A stretch of 64,000 nt of DNA from Chloroflexota bacterium (GCA_020850535.1 JADZEM010000116.1:45419-109418), one strand, 5' to 3'; positions 18,794 through 28,508 are shown, counted from the stretch's first letter. Made by a program: numbers and translations. The notes: generated from the letters alone by a model not told the origin.

Positions 18794-19081
18794 GTCCCCT
18801 CCGTCAGACGAGGTGGTACGACTCGCCTCGGGTGCGCCCGTACACCCCACATGACAGGCACATCATGGCTGCAGATACCGTACCGTTCTGTCCTGAGTTG
18901 TCGGTGAATGCCATCTGAACCGTAGTTGAAAGTCTCATGAAAATCGTGACCGGACACCAGTAGCTCTCGGTCGCTGCTACGACCCTGGTCAGCCGCCCTG
19001 CCTGGCCACCGGCACGGCGCGTCACCCCTTTGCAGCCACCTCTCACCCTGAGCAGCCACCTCTCGCCCTGAATGGAGCGGC

Positions 19082-20419
19082 ATGCCATTTCCAGGCGCAC
19101 TCGACCCCCACACACCCGACCTGCGGGCCGGCACGCGCACCCTCGTCATGGGCATTCTGAACATCACGCCGGATTCGTTCTCGGGGGACGGGCTGGCCGG
19201 CGGCCTGGACGCGGCCATCCAGCGGGCGCACCGGCTGGCGGAGGCAGGTGCGGACGTACTGGACCTGGGAGGCGAGAGCACCCGCCCGGGCCACACCACG
19301 ATCTCGGCTGACGAGGAGCTTCGGCGGGTGTTGCCCGTCGTCGCGCGGCTGCGCGGCCAGCTTCCGATTCCGATCTCGATCGACACCCGCAAGGCAGAGG
19401 TCGCGGCGGCGGCGCTCGAGGCCGGCGCATCCATCGTCAACGATGTCAGCGGGCTGACCTTCGACCCACGGCTGGCCGAGGTCGCGGCCCAGGCCGGCGC
19501 AACGTTGATCGTCGGGCACTGGCGCCGCCGCCAACCCGACGATCCAGATGACGTGGTCGCCTGGCTGACCGCTGGCCTCGCGGAGAGCGTTCGAGTCGCG
19601 GCAGCAGCCGGGATGCCCCGCAGTCGGCTGCTGGTCGATCCAGGCCTGGGGTTCGCCAAGCTGCCGCCGGTCAGCATCGCCATCATGCGCCGCCTGCGCG
19701 AGGTGCGGGCGGCGCTCGGGCTGCCGCTGCTGGTGGGCGCGTCCCGCAAAGGCTTTGTCGGGGCTGTCCTCGGGCGGCCGGTCGAGGAGCGGCTGGCCGG
19801 GTCGCTGGCGACCGTGTCGATCTCGGTGGCCGCCGGCGCGGACATGGTCCGGGTCCACGACGTCGAGCCGGCCGTGCAGGTCGCCAGGATGTCCGATGCG
19901 CTGGTCTACGGCTGGGACGGGTCACCGCCGACCTGGACGCCAGTCTACCTGGGCCTGGGCGCAAACCTGGGCGACCGCGCAGCCATCCTCGCGCGGGCGA
20001 TCCAAGAGCTCGACGCCGAGCAGGAGATCCGCGTTCTGCGACGGGCGACCCTCTACGAGACGGCCCCGGTCGGGGTGCTCGATCAGCCGCCGTTTCTGAA
20101 CACCGTCGTCGAGGCGCTGACCACCCTGTCCGGTCGAACGCTGCTCGACACCCTCAAGCGGCTGGAACGCTCGCTTGGGCGTCAGGCCCGCGAGCGCTGG
20201 GGCCCGCGCGAGATCGACATCGACGTGCTGCTGCACGGGGCGTCGCACATCAGCGAGCCGGGCCTTGAGGTGCCCCACCGCCACATGTGGGACCGGCTGT
20301 TCGTGCTTGCGCCGCTCGCCGAGCTGCGTCCCGATCTTCTCGGGCCAGGCGGGCAACCGATTGGGGCGCATCTGCACCGACTCCGCGCACAGCAGGAGGG
20401 ACGCTCGCTCGGCTGGTGA
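19082..20419 (+). CDS. folP: Bifunctional dihydropteroate synthase / 2-amino-4-hydroxy-6-hydroxymethyldihydropteridine pyrophosphokinase (FolP-FolK fusion, DHPS N-terminal).
   Basis: 445 aa. N-terminal DHPS: LVMGILNITPDSFSGDG...DVLDLGGESTRPG...ISIDTRKAEVAAAALEAGASIVNDVSG. C-terminal HPPK: VYLGLGANLGDR...LYETAPVG...REIDIDVL. Confidence 0.85.
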   Translation: MPFPGALDPHTPDLRAGTRTLVMGILNITPDSFSGDGLAGGLDAAIQRAHRLAEAGADVLDLGGESTRPGHTTISADEELRRVLPVVARLRGQLPIPISIDTRKAEVAAAALEAGASIVNDVSGLTFDPRLAEVAAQAGATLIVGHWRRRQPDDPDDVVAWLTAGLAESVRVAAAAGMPRSRLLVDPGLGFAKLPPVSIAIMRRLREVRAALGLPLLVGASRKGFVGAVLGRPVEERLAGSLATVSISVAAGADMVRVHDVEPAVQVARMSDALVYGWDGSPPTWTPVYLGLGANLGDRAAILARAIQELDAEQEIRVLRRATLYETAPVGVLDQPPFLNTVVEALTTLSGRTLLDTLKRLERSLGRQARERWGPREIDIDVLLHGASHISEPGLEVPHRHMWDRLFVLAPLAELRPDLLGPGGQPIGAHLHRLRAQQEGRSLGW

Positions 20420-20427
20420 GCGGCCGC

Positions 20428-21291
20428 CTACACCGTGCGCAGCGGCTCGCCGAACGGCGGTGCGAGCGCCGCCAGCCGCACCGCCACCAGCAGTCGCACC
20501 ACCTTCGCCCAGGCCAGCAGCAGCGCCACCCCCTGACCGTAGGCCAGCGCCGCCAGCAGATCGGTTGCTGACCCGTCGGCGGAGAGCGCCGGCGGGTTGA
20601 TGGCCGCGAAACCGAGGCCCAACGTCGGGAGCGGCAGCGCGAGCCACAGGAGCAGCACCAGCGGGCGGCGGACGACCGCGAGCGCCCGGCTGACCGCCCG
20701 GAAGACACTCCTTGTCTCATCTCTCACTGCGAGAGCGCGGGCCAGCTCCACCCAGCCAGCGATGAGCCCCTGCACCGCCACCACCAGCGCGATCCCCAGG
20801 TCAGACGGCAGCCAGTCGCCCACCAGCGCGAAGGCCACCTGAATCGTGAAGCTCGTGCCCGTCCCGAGCACCCAGCCGAACAGCGACAGGCGGAGCATCG
20901 GCCAGAACCAGCGGCGGCACGCGCTCCTGAAGGTCGCCATGTCGGCGTGGCCCTGCCAGAGGCAGGCCAGCACACCGCCGGCGAGGTACCCATACACCAG
21001 GACGTGGGCCACGGCCACCAGCGGCAACAGCACCACGCCCGCGAGCGCCATCAGCGCCAGCACGCGCGACCCGCCGGCCTGGATCGCCTCCGAGCCAAGC
21101 TCGGCGAGCAGGTTGAGCCAGTTCGGCCCGAGCAACTCGGACCGCCACGGTCGCGCGTCGGCCAGGGAGCTGAACCCGATCAGTACCACCAGCCCTGGCA
21201 GCAACGCCAGCACCAGCGACGCCCCGTAGAGCGGCAGCGCCAGACGGACTGTCCGGACCAGGAGGACGCCAGTGCTCACGCGGGCGATCAC
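20428..21291 (-). CDS. Polytopic membrane protein of unknown function, translationally coupled to the upstream M1 peptidase.
   Basis: About 287 aa from GTG 21291, which overlaps the peptidase stop (GTGA). There are at least 6 predicted TM helices. The N-terminal 430 aa of the 714-aa track ORF is antisense to the peptidase gene and was discarded. Confidence 0.5.
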   Translation of the reverse strand: MIARVSTGVLLVRTVRLALPLYGASLVLALLPGLVVLIGFSSLADARPWRSELLGPNWLNLLAELGSEAIQAGGSRVLALMALAGVVLLPLVAVAHVLVYGYLAGGVLACLWQGHADMATFRSACRRWFWPMLRLSLFGWVLGTGTSFTIQVAFALVGDWLPSDLGIALVVAVQGLIAGWVELARALAVRDETRSVFRAVSRALAVVRRPLVLLLWLALPLPTLGLGFAAINPPALSADGSATDLLAALAYGQGVALLLAWAKVVRLLVAVRLAALAPPFGEPLRTV

Positions 21292-23240
21292 CCGGGCATC
21301 CCCACAAGCAGCGCCGCCTGAACCACTCCGAGCACGCGCGCCAGCAGCGTCGCCAGTGGCAGCGGGCTGGGCGACACGTCCTGACCGTTGTCGAGGCGGT
21401 TCAGCTCCAGGCGAATCTTCCAGGACGGGTCGATCTGGACCCGCGCAAGCTGGCCGGATACCCCGGCGATCCGCAGGCGGCCGGAGACACCGTCCCACGG
21501 CACGAGGTCGGTGCGGCCATCGGCGTAGGTCAGCGCGATCTCGACCGGGAAGGGGACGTCTCCCTGCCGGAGAACAGTCGCCCCTGAGGCTGACACGTCT
21601 TCGAGGCCGTACTCGACGACGCCTGCCCCGAAGACCAGCGGCCCGAAGAACCAGTCCAGCGGCTCGCCAAGGCTCGCTTCGAGTGACTGCTGGAGATCGG
21701 TCGTCGTCGGGTGACGCCAGCGCCAGCGGTCGGCGTGGTCGTGCATGGCCCGCAGGAACCGCTCCTCGCCGTACTGCTTTTCGAGGGTCAGCAGCACCAG
21801 CGCCCCCTTGGAGTAGACGGTCACGCCGTAGGCCAGAAAGTCGGAATACTCCCAGGACGGCTGGGCCAACCGCTCGCGCGCGCCCGCGATCAAGAACTGG
21901 GTGCGGTGCGACTCCTCGTATCCGAAGTGGACCGGTCCGAGGTCGAGCATGGTGCGGTCGGCCGGGAACATCTCGGCCAGCACGCGGATCGTGGCGTAGT
22001 CGGCAAAGCCCTCGTCGAGCCACGCCTCGCGGCCCTCGTTGGACGCCAGTTGCAGCGGCGACCACTGGTGTGCGATCTCGTGCGCCGTCACGATCTCGAC
22101 GATCCGCACACCCTGCTCGATACCGAGCGGCCCATGCACCGGCAGCTCGAGCGTCACCAGCGATGGGTACTCCATCCCGCCCGCCCCTTCGGCATCGTCC
22201 GGCGGCACCACCAGCGTCAGCTTGGGCCAAGGATACGGCCCGAACCACCGTCCGAAGGCGTCGAGGGAGACCTGAGCGGCGGTGAAGTACCGACGCTCGG
22301 TGCTGGCCGGCAACGAACGCGGCGTCAGCAACTCCAGCTCGATGGGCCGCCCGGCCACCTCTACGACCGTCCCCGACAGACGGTACTCGGGCCACGCCGT
22401 CCAGGCGATGTCGCTGACCGACTCGGCAAGGTAGCGCGTCGTGGTGGTGCCGTCCGGGTTCGTCATCGACCCGACGCGCGTCCCCGAGGCCCCGGTCAGG
22501 TAGCTCGACGGGACCGTGAGCGCCAGGCTGTAGCTGCCGAAATCGGCGAAGAACTCGGCGTTGGCGTGCCACGGCTCAGTGTCCCAGGCACCCCGGTCGT
22601 AGACGGCCAGCTTCGGATACCACTGGCCGGCCATGACGAAGTCGCCGGCCACGCCGGTCCGGGCGAAGACGCGCGGCAGCTGGCTCGTCCAGGCGATCTC
22701 GATCTGGACCGTCTCGCCCGGCTGGATCGCGCGGGCAGCCGGCAGCCGGGCCTCCACGGTCGTCGCCAGCGGATCGACCGTCGCCGGCAGCAGGCTCTCG
22801 CCGGTCTGGGCCAGCGTCAGCCGTTCCAGGTCGATCCAGCCGGGCTGGGCGGGATCGTAGTCGCTGCCACGGTGCTGCCCGGACGACTCGCGCATCCAGG
22901 TGGTCTGCTCGCCGCGGAAGGCGTTCAGATAGAGCTTGATCCAGATGCTGCTCAGCACGTCCGGCGAGTCGTTGCGGTAGGTGATCACCCCGGCACCACG
23001 GATCTGGCGGTGAGCCGTGTCCCAGGTCGCTCGCAGATCGTAGGAAGCCCGATCCTGTGAGGCCGGCAAGGCCGGCCCCGTCGGCGCACCGGCCGGCGCG
23101 CGGGGCGTCGGGCTGGCGATGGGCGGGGCAGTCTGGGCCAGCACCGGGACGGGCGACGGTCCGACCGCGACCACCATGACCAGCATCAGCAGCACGGCGA
23201 GCGCGTGCAGGGCCGGCAGACATCGTCGTACTCGCGTCAT
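21288..23240 (-). CDS. M1 family zinc metallopeptidase (aminopeptidase N-like), secreted or anchored.
   Basis: 650 aa from ATG 23240. Signal/TM LPALHALAVLLMLVMVVAVG. HEXXH motif VTAHEIAHQWSP plus the downstream WLDEGFADY glutamate ligand. Confidence 0.8.
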   Translation of the reverse strand: MTRVRRCLPALHALAVLLMLVMVVAVGPSPVPVLAQTAPPIASPTPRAPAGAPTGPALPASQDRASYDLRATWDTAHRQIRGAGVITYRNDSPDVLSSIWIKLYLNAFRGEQTTWMRESSGQHRGSDYDPAQPGWIDLERLTLAQTGESLLPATVDPLATTVEARLPAARAIQPGETVQIEIAWTSQLPRVFARTGVAGDFVMAGQWYPKLAVYDRGAWDTEPWHANAEFFADFGSYSLALTVPSSYLTGASGTRVGSMTNPDGTTTTRYLAESVSDIAWTAWPEYRLSGTVVEVAGRPIELELLTPRSLPASTERRYFTAAQVSLDAFGRWFGPYPWPKLTLVVPPDDAEGAGGMEYPSLVTLELPVHGPLGIEQGVRIVEIVTAHEIAHQWSPLQLASNEGREAWLDEGFADYATIRVLAEMFPADRTMLDLGPVHFGYEESHRTQFLIAGARERLAQPSWEYSDFLAYGVTVYSKGALVLLTLEKQYGEERFLRAMHDHADRWRWRHPTTTDLQQSLEASLGEPLDWFFGPLVFGAGVVEYGLEDVSASGATVLRQGDVPFPVEIALTYADGRTDLVPWDGVSGRLRIAGVSGQLARVQIDPSWKIRLELNRLDNGQDVSPSPLPLATLLARVLGVVQAALLVGMPG

Positions 23241-23331
23241 GTGGTGCGAGTGTACCGTCTGCGAGGTCGGACATTCGGCCATTTCGTGCGATGACGCGCC
23301 ACGGATCGAGCGAAGGCGGCCGAACGGTCGC

Positions 23332-23604
23332 TCAGCGGCGTGGGCCGCCCGACCGCGCCCGGTACTCCAGCACGGCCCGCGTGGCGGCCCAGCCGATCAG
23401 CCAGATGACCAGGAAGATGGCGGCGACGGCCAGCATGTCGAGGATGTTGTCCGAATCCTGGAAGCCGAACAGAACCAGGCGCACCACCAGGACAATCGCA
23501 TAGAGGACCGCGCCGATCTGACAGGCGCGCTTGACGCGGTCTCTGGCGAAGAAGATGCCCAGCGCCAGCAGGACGAACGCCCCGAGGAACAGCAGGTTTC
23601 TCAT
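23332..23604 (-). CDS. Small membrane protein (90 aa, 3 TM).
   Basis: MRNLLFLGAFVLLALGIFFARD...AIVLVVRLVLFGF...LAVAAIFLVIWLIGW. It has high GC3 in frame and is intergenic otherwise. Confidence 0.45.
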   Translation of the reverse strand: MRNLLFLGAFVLLALGIFFARDRVKRACQIGAVLYAIVLVVRLVLFGFQDSDNILDMLAVAAIFLVIWLIGWAATRAVLEYRARSGGPRR

Positions 23605-23644
23605 ACGGCGCCCCCAGGCCGACCGGTATCCCGCCGCCTGGCGT

Positions 23645-24856
23645 TCACGGGCCGTACCGCTCGAAGAGGCGGCGGCCGGGGTGCGCCTTGAGCGGCAGGA
23701 CGCGGCCGTTGACCAGATACGGCGAATCGTACTCGGTGAGGTCGCCGGCGGACTTGCCGGGCACGGGAAACAGCCGGCAGCTCAGCGGCTTCTTCAGGGC
23801 GCAAGCCAGCGCCGTCACGTCCAGCACAATTGCCGCGAGGTCCTCCGCTGTCGCGTCGCCGGGCAGCGGCACAGTATCGAGGCCGGTGCCGCAGACCGCC
23901 GAGTAGAGCAGCAGCTCGGACACGCTGACCATCCCCGCCGACGCCCGCGCTGCCAGCAGGGTGTCCTCCAGGACCGGCAGCATCAGGCCGGAGTAGCCGA
24001 CGTGGGCCAGCGGCAGCCGCTTGACCATCCCCGTGAGCGCCGCCGACGCCGCCAGCGTGCCGGCCGCTCCGAACGTCTCGACGCCGAGGTCTTCGAGCAT
24101 CCCGACCGCGCTGTCGGCGTCGTCCACGAATGGCGCCGGCGTCAGGTCAACCCCGCCGTACAGGACGCCGGTCTCGTCCGCGAGCCGCCGGGACACAGCC
24201 TCGACGTGCTGGACCGCCGCCCCCAGCGTCTCACCGAGCCGCCGCTCCAGCTCGTCCAGGCCGCCGTCCTGGCTGAACGCTCGCCGGACCTCGTCGGCGG
24301 CCTGCAGCCCGATGCTGAAGCGCGGCGGCCCGCAGCTGTGGTAGGCGGCCGGGAAGAAGGGAATGGTCGGCCCGCACTGGGCGATGGCGCAGAAGCGGAA
24401 GTTGCCGAAGCCGCGATCCGTGCCGCGCGCCAGCCGGGCCATGATCCGGCCGGCTGCCAGCGCTGCGCCCCCCGAGGGCCGGCCGTCGACGACGGTGTCG
24501 ATGGCGCCGTTCACGGCCTCAGTGGACACCAGCGCATCGGCCAGGGCGTTCGCGTAGCGCTGTCCGGCCTCGGGTCCGACCACGCCCCAGCGGATCGGCC
24601 CCATCGAGATGAAGCCGATGCTCTCAGCCTTGCAGGCAGCCTCAAGCTCGCGGGCGAACGGTCCGACCCAGGAAGCATCGCCGGCGGGGCCGCCCTCGGC
24701 GAACGGCGTCAGGGCCAGGCGGGTGGTCTGCACGTCGTAGCCGGCCGCGGAGAAGCGCTCAGCCGCTTGCGCCAGGAAGCGCCCGGCCTGCTTGATGGCC
24801 GCCACGTCGACCTGCGGCCCCGACTCGATTCCCAGGCAGACCGATCGGATCTTCAT
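23645..24856 (-). CDS. UPF0210 / DUF711 family protein.
   Basis: 403 aa. MKIRSVCLGIESGP... is a DUF711-like N-terminus. The length is typical of the family. Confidence 0.6.
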   Translation of the reverse strand: MKIRSVCLGIESGPQVDVAAIKQAGRFLAQAAERFSAAGYDVQTTRLALTPFAEGGPAGDASWVGPFARELEAACKAESIGFISMGPIRWGVVGPEAGQRYANALADALVSTEAVNGAIDTVVDGRPSGGAALAAGRIMARLARGTDRGFGNFRFCAIAQCGPTIPFFPAAYHSCGPPRFSIGLQAADEVRRAFSQDGGLDELERRLGETLGAAVQHVEAVSRRLADETGVLYGGVDLTPAPFVDDADSAVGMLEDLGVETFGAAGTLAASAALTGMVKRLPLAHVGYSGLMLPVLEDTLLAARASAGMVSVSELLLYSAVCGTGLDTVPLPGDATAEDLAAIVLDVTALACALKKPLSCRLFPVPGKSAGDLTEYDSPYLVNGRVLPLKAHPGRRLFERYGP

Positions 24857-24961
24857 GCCATCCTCCGTCCTGACAGCGTGAAAGGGTAGCAGGATGCTGC
24901 GGATCGGGCCGCCGGTCGTCTACGATCACCGCAGGGTCGGGTGCTGGAGGGAGGCTGCAAC

Positions 24962-25144
24962 ATGGCGGTGCGCCGAAATCCCGAGTTGAGCGTCGGGGAG
25001 ATCGAGGCGGCGCTGCGCTCAGCCGCCTCGGCGGCCTGGGGCGACGATGCGCTCCCGGAGGTCGAGCAAGCGGTCCCATCCGCCGCGCGCGCCCTCTGGC
25101 GCATCTCGCAGGAGTCGTTCGAGCGGTCCGATATCGAGCCGTAG
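24962..25144 (+). CDS. Small hypothetical protein (60 aa) upstream of the amidase.
   Basis: ATG 24962 is preceded by the RBS GGAGGGAGG with a 7-nt spacer. It is acidic and helical: MAVRRNPELSVGEIEAALRSAASAAWGDDALPEVEQAV... Confidence 0.4.
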   Translation: MAVRRNPELSVGEIEAALRSAASAAWGDDALPEVEQAVPSAARALWRISQESFERSDIEP

Positions 25145-25171
25145 CACCGCGCAGAGACGGAGCCGACGCCC

Positions 25172-26524
25172 ATGAGCGAGCCGCACAACCTGACCGTGGT
25201 GGAGGCCGCCCACCAGATCCGCACTGGCAAACGGTCGCCCATCGAGCTGACCGAGGCGCTGCTGGCACGGATCGAGCGATCCCAGCCGGCCCTGCGGACC
25301 TTCGTAACGGTCGATGCCGAGGGAGCGCGCGCGGCAGCCCGCGCGGCTGACGCAGCCGTCCGCAGCGGTCATCCGCTGGGGCCGCTCCACGGCGTGCCGT
25401 TCGCGGTGAAGGACATCTTCAACGCGGCCGGCCTGCCGACGGTCGCCGGCTATGCGCCGTTCGAGGAGAATCTCGCCCAGGACGACGCCCACGCCGTCGC
25501 GCGGCTCAAGGCAGCCGGCGCCGTGCTGCTGGGAAAGACCGTCACCACGCAGTTTGCGTCCGCCGATCCCTCGCCCACCGTCAACCCATGGCGGGCCGAC
25601 CGCACACCAGGCGGCTCCAGCAGCGGCTCTGGGGCGAGCGTCGGGGCGCGGCTGGTGCCGCTGGCGCTCGGGACGCAGACCGGCGGCTCCATCCTGCGCC
25701 CGGCAGCCTACAACGGGGCGGTGGGCCTCAAGCCGACCTATGGCCGGGTGAGTCGCCACGGCATCCTGCCGCTGGCCTGGAGCCTCGACCACGCCGGTCC
25801 GATCGTGCGGACCGTCCATGACGCCGCGCTGGTGCTCGAAGCGATCGCCGGGCATGACCCGCGCGATCCGCACGCGCTGGATGCGCCGGTCGCCAACTAC
25901 TCGGCCAGCCTCCGCGAGCCGATCTCGCCGCCGCGCCTCGCCCTGCTGACAGACCTCCTGGAGCGCGCCGAACCGGCCGTCGCGGCGCACGTCGAGGCGC
26001 TGGCCCGCCAGTGCGAACGGGCCGGCGCGACCGTCGAGCGGCTCGCCCTGCCGGCCGACTTCGACCTCTACCTCGCGGTGCACGGCATCACCAACCTCTC
26101 GGAGGCCGCCGAAGTCCACGCCGACGCCCTCGGCCGCGACCGCTCGGCGTATCACCCGCGCATCCGCTCGACCACGATGCTCGGACAGGTGCTGCCGGCC
26201 TGGGCCTACCTGCACGCGCAGCGGCTGCGCCGGCAGCTTGCGGCCCAGACGACGGCGTTCATGGCCCCGTATGACGCCCTGCTGCTGCCAACGGCGTCCA
26301 ACCTGCCGCCCGGCCGGGACACCACCGGCGATCCCTCGTTTCAGTCGCCATGGTCGCTGCTCGGATTGCCGTCGATCAGCCTGCCGAGCGGCATCAGCGC
26401 CGATGGCCTGCCGTTCGCCGTGCAACTGGTCAGCCGGCGGCTGGAGGAGCCGACCCTCTTTCGGGCGGCGGCCTGGGTCGAGCGCGAGGTGCAGTTTCAG
26501 GCCCGGCCGCCGGAGGCCTGGTGA
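25172..26524 (+). CDS. Amidase signature family enzyme (GatA-like).
   Basis: 450 aa. PLHGVPFAVKDIFNAAGLPTVAG...GGSSSGSGASVGARLVPLALGTQTGGSIRPAAYNG is the amidase signature (Ser-cisSer-Lys). Confidence 0.8.
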   Translation: MSEPHNLTVVEAAHQIRTGKRSPIELTEALLARIERSQPALRTFVTVDAEGARAAARAADAAVRSGHPLGPLHGVPFAVKDIFNAAGLPTVAGYAPFEENLAQDDAHAVARLKAAGAVLLGKTVTTQFASADPSPTVNPWRADRTPGGSSSGSGASVGARLVPLALGTQTGGSILRPAAYNGAVGLKPTYGRVSRHGILPLAWSLDHAGPIVRTVHDAALVLEAIAGHDPRDPHALDAPVANYSASLREPISPPRLALLTDLLERAEPAVAAHVEALARQCERAGATVERLALPADFDLYLAVHGITNLSEAAEVHADALGRDRSAYHPRIRSTTMLGQVLPAWAYLHAQRLRRQLAAQTTAFMAPYDALLLPTASNLPPGRDTTGDPSFQSPWSLLGLPSISLPSGISADGLPFAVQLVSRRLEEPTLFRAAAWVEREVQFQARPPEAW

Positions 26525-27372
26525 CGGCGCAGCCCCAGGCAGACCCGGCGGCGTCGGTGAAGCGGGACATGCGTGGCGCGTACGATCTCGCCGCGCCACG
26601 CTACGAGCGCCTGATCGCGCCGACGTTCGTGCCCATCGCGCGGCGCGTGGTGTCGCTCGCCCGGCCGCTCAACGACGATATCCACCTGGATCTCGCCACC
26701 GGTACCGGCCTGGTGCCGGCCATGACGGACGACCGACGCACCATCGGCTGCATCGCGCCCTGGCGCGTGGCGATGGACCTCTCGGCCAATATGCTGCGGG
26801 CGGCGCGCCTGGCCTCGCCGCCGACCCGGCTGGTGCAAGGCGATCTGGAGCGGCTGCCGTTCGGCACTGGCGCCATCGATCTGATCACGCTGGCCTTGGC
26901 GCTCCACCACCTGCCGACGCCGCGCCGCGCCCTGGCCGAGCTTCGGCGCATCCTCAGCCCACGCGGTCGGCTGGTGCTGGCGGCCTGGGGCGACGAGCTC
27001 AGCCCCTTGTGGCGCGAGTTCGACCGCTGGTACGGGGCCCAGGGGCTCGGTCCGAGCCGCGCCGCCCCGCCGAACGATCTGCCCATCGACACGCCCGAGC
27101 GGCTGGCGGCGGCCCTCGGCGAGGTCGGCGGCTTCGGCGCGGCTGAGGTGGTCCGCGAGCGCCCGCCGATCCACTTCGCGTCGCTGGCCGAGTTCTGGGA
27201 GTGGCGCATCTCGTTCCCCGCCCCGAACCAGATGTTCGCGCCGATGCCGCCCGACCGGCGGGCGCGCTTGCGTGACGCCTGCCTCGCCGAACTCGCGCCA
27301 CAGGTCACGCTCACCGCCGATGGGCTGATCGACGCATCGCAGGCCGTCCTGTTCGCCGTCGCCCGCCCGTAA
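26521..27372 (+). CDS. Class I SAM-dependent methyltransferase.
   Basis: GTG 26521 overlaps the amidase stop (GTGA). Motif I HLDLATGTGLVPAM; motif post-I LVQGDLERLPFGTGAIDLI. An alternative ATG is at 26569. Confidence 0.65.
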   Translation: MTAQPQADPAASVKRDMRGAYDLAAPRYERLIAPTFVPIARRVVSLARPLNDDIHLDLATGTGLVPAMTDDRRTIGCIAPWRVAMDLSANMLRAARLASPPTRLVQGDLERLPFGTGAIDLITLALALHHLPTPRRALAELRRILSPRGRLVLAAWGDELSPLWREFDRWYGAQGLGPSRAAPPNDLPIDTPERLAAALGEVGGFGAAEVVRERPPIHFASLAEFWEWRISFPAPNQMFAPMPPDRRARLRDACLAELAPQVTLTADGLIDASQAVLFAVARP

Positions 27373-27451
27373 AGCCGGACCGTTTTCGGGGTATCCTCTC
27401 CTGGCCGGTGCGTCTGGCTGGTGTGTAGGTCCGAGCGTCGTCGTCGGGAGG

Positions 27452-27832
27452 GTGCGCGTGAAGATCGGGATTCACCTCGGCAGCAATGGCCCCGCCGCGA
27501 GCGCCGAGTCCATCGGCACGCTCGCCCGCACCGCCGAAACGCTCGGCCTGGACTCGGTCTGGGTCTCCGACCACGTCGCCATTCCGACGGCGATGACGTC
27601 GATGCATCCATACGGTCCGCCCGGCTCGTCCAACCCCGAGGCGACGAAGAACTTCTGGGAGCCGTTCGCCGTCCTGGCGTTCGTGGCCGGCCTGACAACG
27701 CGCGTCGAGCTGGGCACGTCGGTGATCGTGGCGCCGCAACGCCCGCCGCTGCTGATCGCCAAGCAGTGGGCCACGCTCGACGCCATCGAGTTTGTGGCGC
27801 ACGAGGTTCGGCCACACCTGGAGGCCGCATGA
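27452..27832 (+). pseudogene. Truncated LLM-class (luciferase-like / F420- or flavin-dependent) oxidoreductase remnant, 126 aa.
   Basis: The N-terminus MRVKIGIHLGS...TLGLDSVWVSDHV and the C-terminal ...AIEFVAHEVRPHLEAA resemble the termini of LLM enzymes of about 300-350 aa. The middle of the TIM barrel is missing. This is consistent with an internal deletion. Confidence 0.4.
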
Positions 27833-27860
27833 GTGGCGAGCCGCTGCGCAGAGAGACGCC

Positions 27861-28487
27861 ATGCGTGTGATCGCCGGGATGGCGCGCGGCCGGCCGCTGA
27901 GCGCGCCGGACCGCGCGCCCACCCGTCCCACCGGCGACAAGGCTAAGGGGGCGATCTTCTCGATGCTCGAGGCCGAGGCCTTGCGGCGCGGCGTCGAGCC
28001 GGCCTCGGACGACGACGGGGATGGCCGCTTCGCAGCGGCCGTCGCGTGGCCGCGCGTGCTGGAGCTGTACGCCGGCAGCGGCGCGCTGGCCATCGAGGCG
28101 CTGAGCCGTGGCGCGACGCACGCGGACCTTGTCGATTCGAGCGGAGACGCCCGCCGAGCCATCGCGGCCAACCTGGCGAAGACCGGCCTCGCCGGCCGTG
28201 CGCGCGTCCATGCGCTTTCGAGTGAGCGGGCCGTATCGACATTCCGTGAACCCTATGATTTAATACTGCTCGATCCGCCGTACGACGCCGAAGGCGTAGA
28301 ATCTCTGCTTGGTCAACTGGTGACGGGGGGTCTGCTCGCGGAACACGGGGTGCTCATCTGGGAGCATGGCAGCACGACCGAGCCCCCAGACCGAATTGGC
28401 GAAGGCAGCAACGGTCAGTGCCTGCAGCTCCAGCGGTCCCGTCGGCACGGCGCGGCAGCGGTGAGCCTGTACACCCTGGAAGCCTGA
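27861..28487 (+). CDS. rsmD: 16S rRNA (guanine966-N2)-methyltransferase.
   Basis: MRVIAGMARGRPL...RPTGDKAKGAIFSML...ELYAGSGALAIEALSRGA...DLILLDPPY is the RsmD pattern. The conserved rsmD-coaD order is present. Confidence 0.8.
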   Translation: MRVIAGMARGRPLSAPDRAPTRPTGDKAKGAIFSMLEAEALRRGVEPASDDDGDGRFAAAVAWPRVLELYAGSGALAIEALSRGATHADLVDSSGDARRAIAANLAKTGLAGRARVHALSSERAVSTFREPYDLILLDPPYDAEGVESLLGQLVTGGLLAEHGVLIWEHGSTTEPPDRIGEGSNGQCLQLQRSRRHGAAAVSLYTLEA

Positions 28488-28508
28488 GCCTGACTCACGG
28501 AGGACACA

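Noticed and set aside
18900-19081. Possible ZTP/THF-type riboswitch upstream of folP-folK (segments cgtgaccgg and ccgccctgcctggcc loosely resemble ZTP core elements).
   Set aside because: The matches are partial and the pseudoknot consensus (CCGCCUGGGC) is not met. ZTP normally controls purH/folD rather than folP. Only the direct repeat is reported.
21292-22572. N-terminal 430 aa of the 714-aa minus-strand track ORF (20428-22572).
   Set aside because: It lies entirely antisense to and inside the M1 peptidase gene and has nonsense composition. Only the C-terminal membrane portion starting at GTG 21291 was kept.
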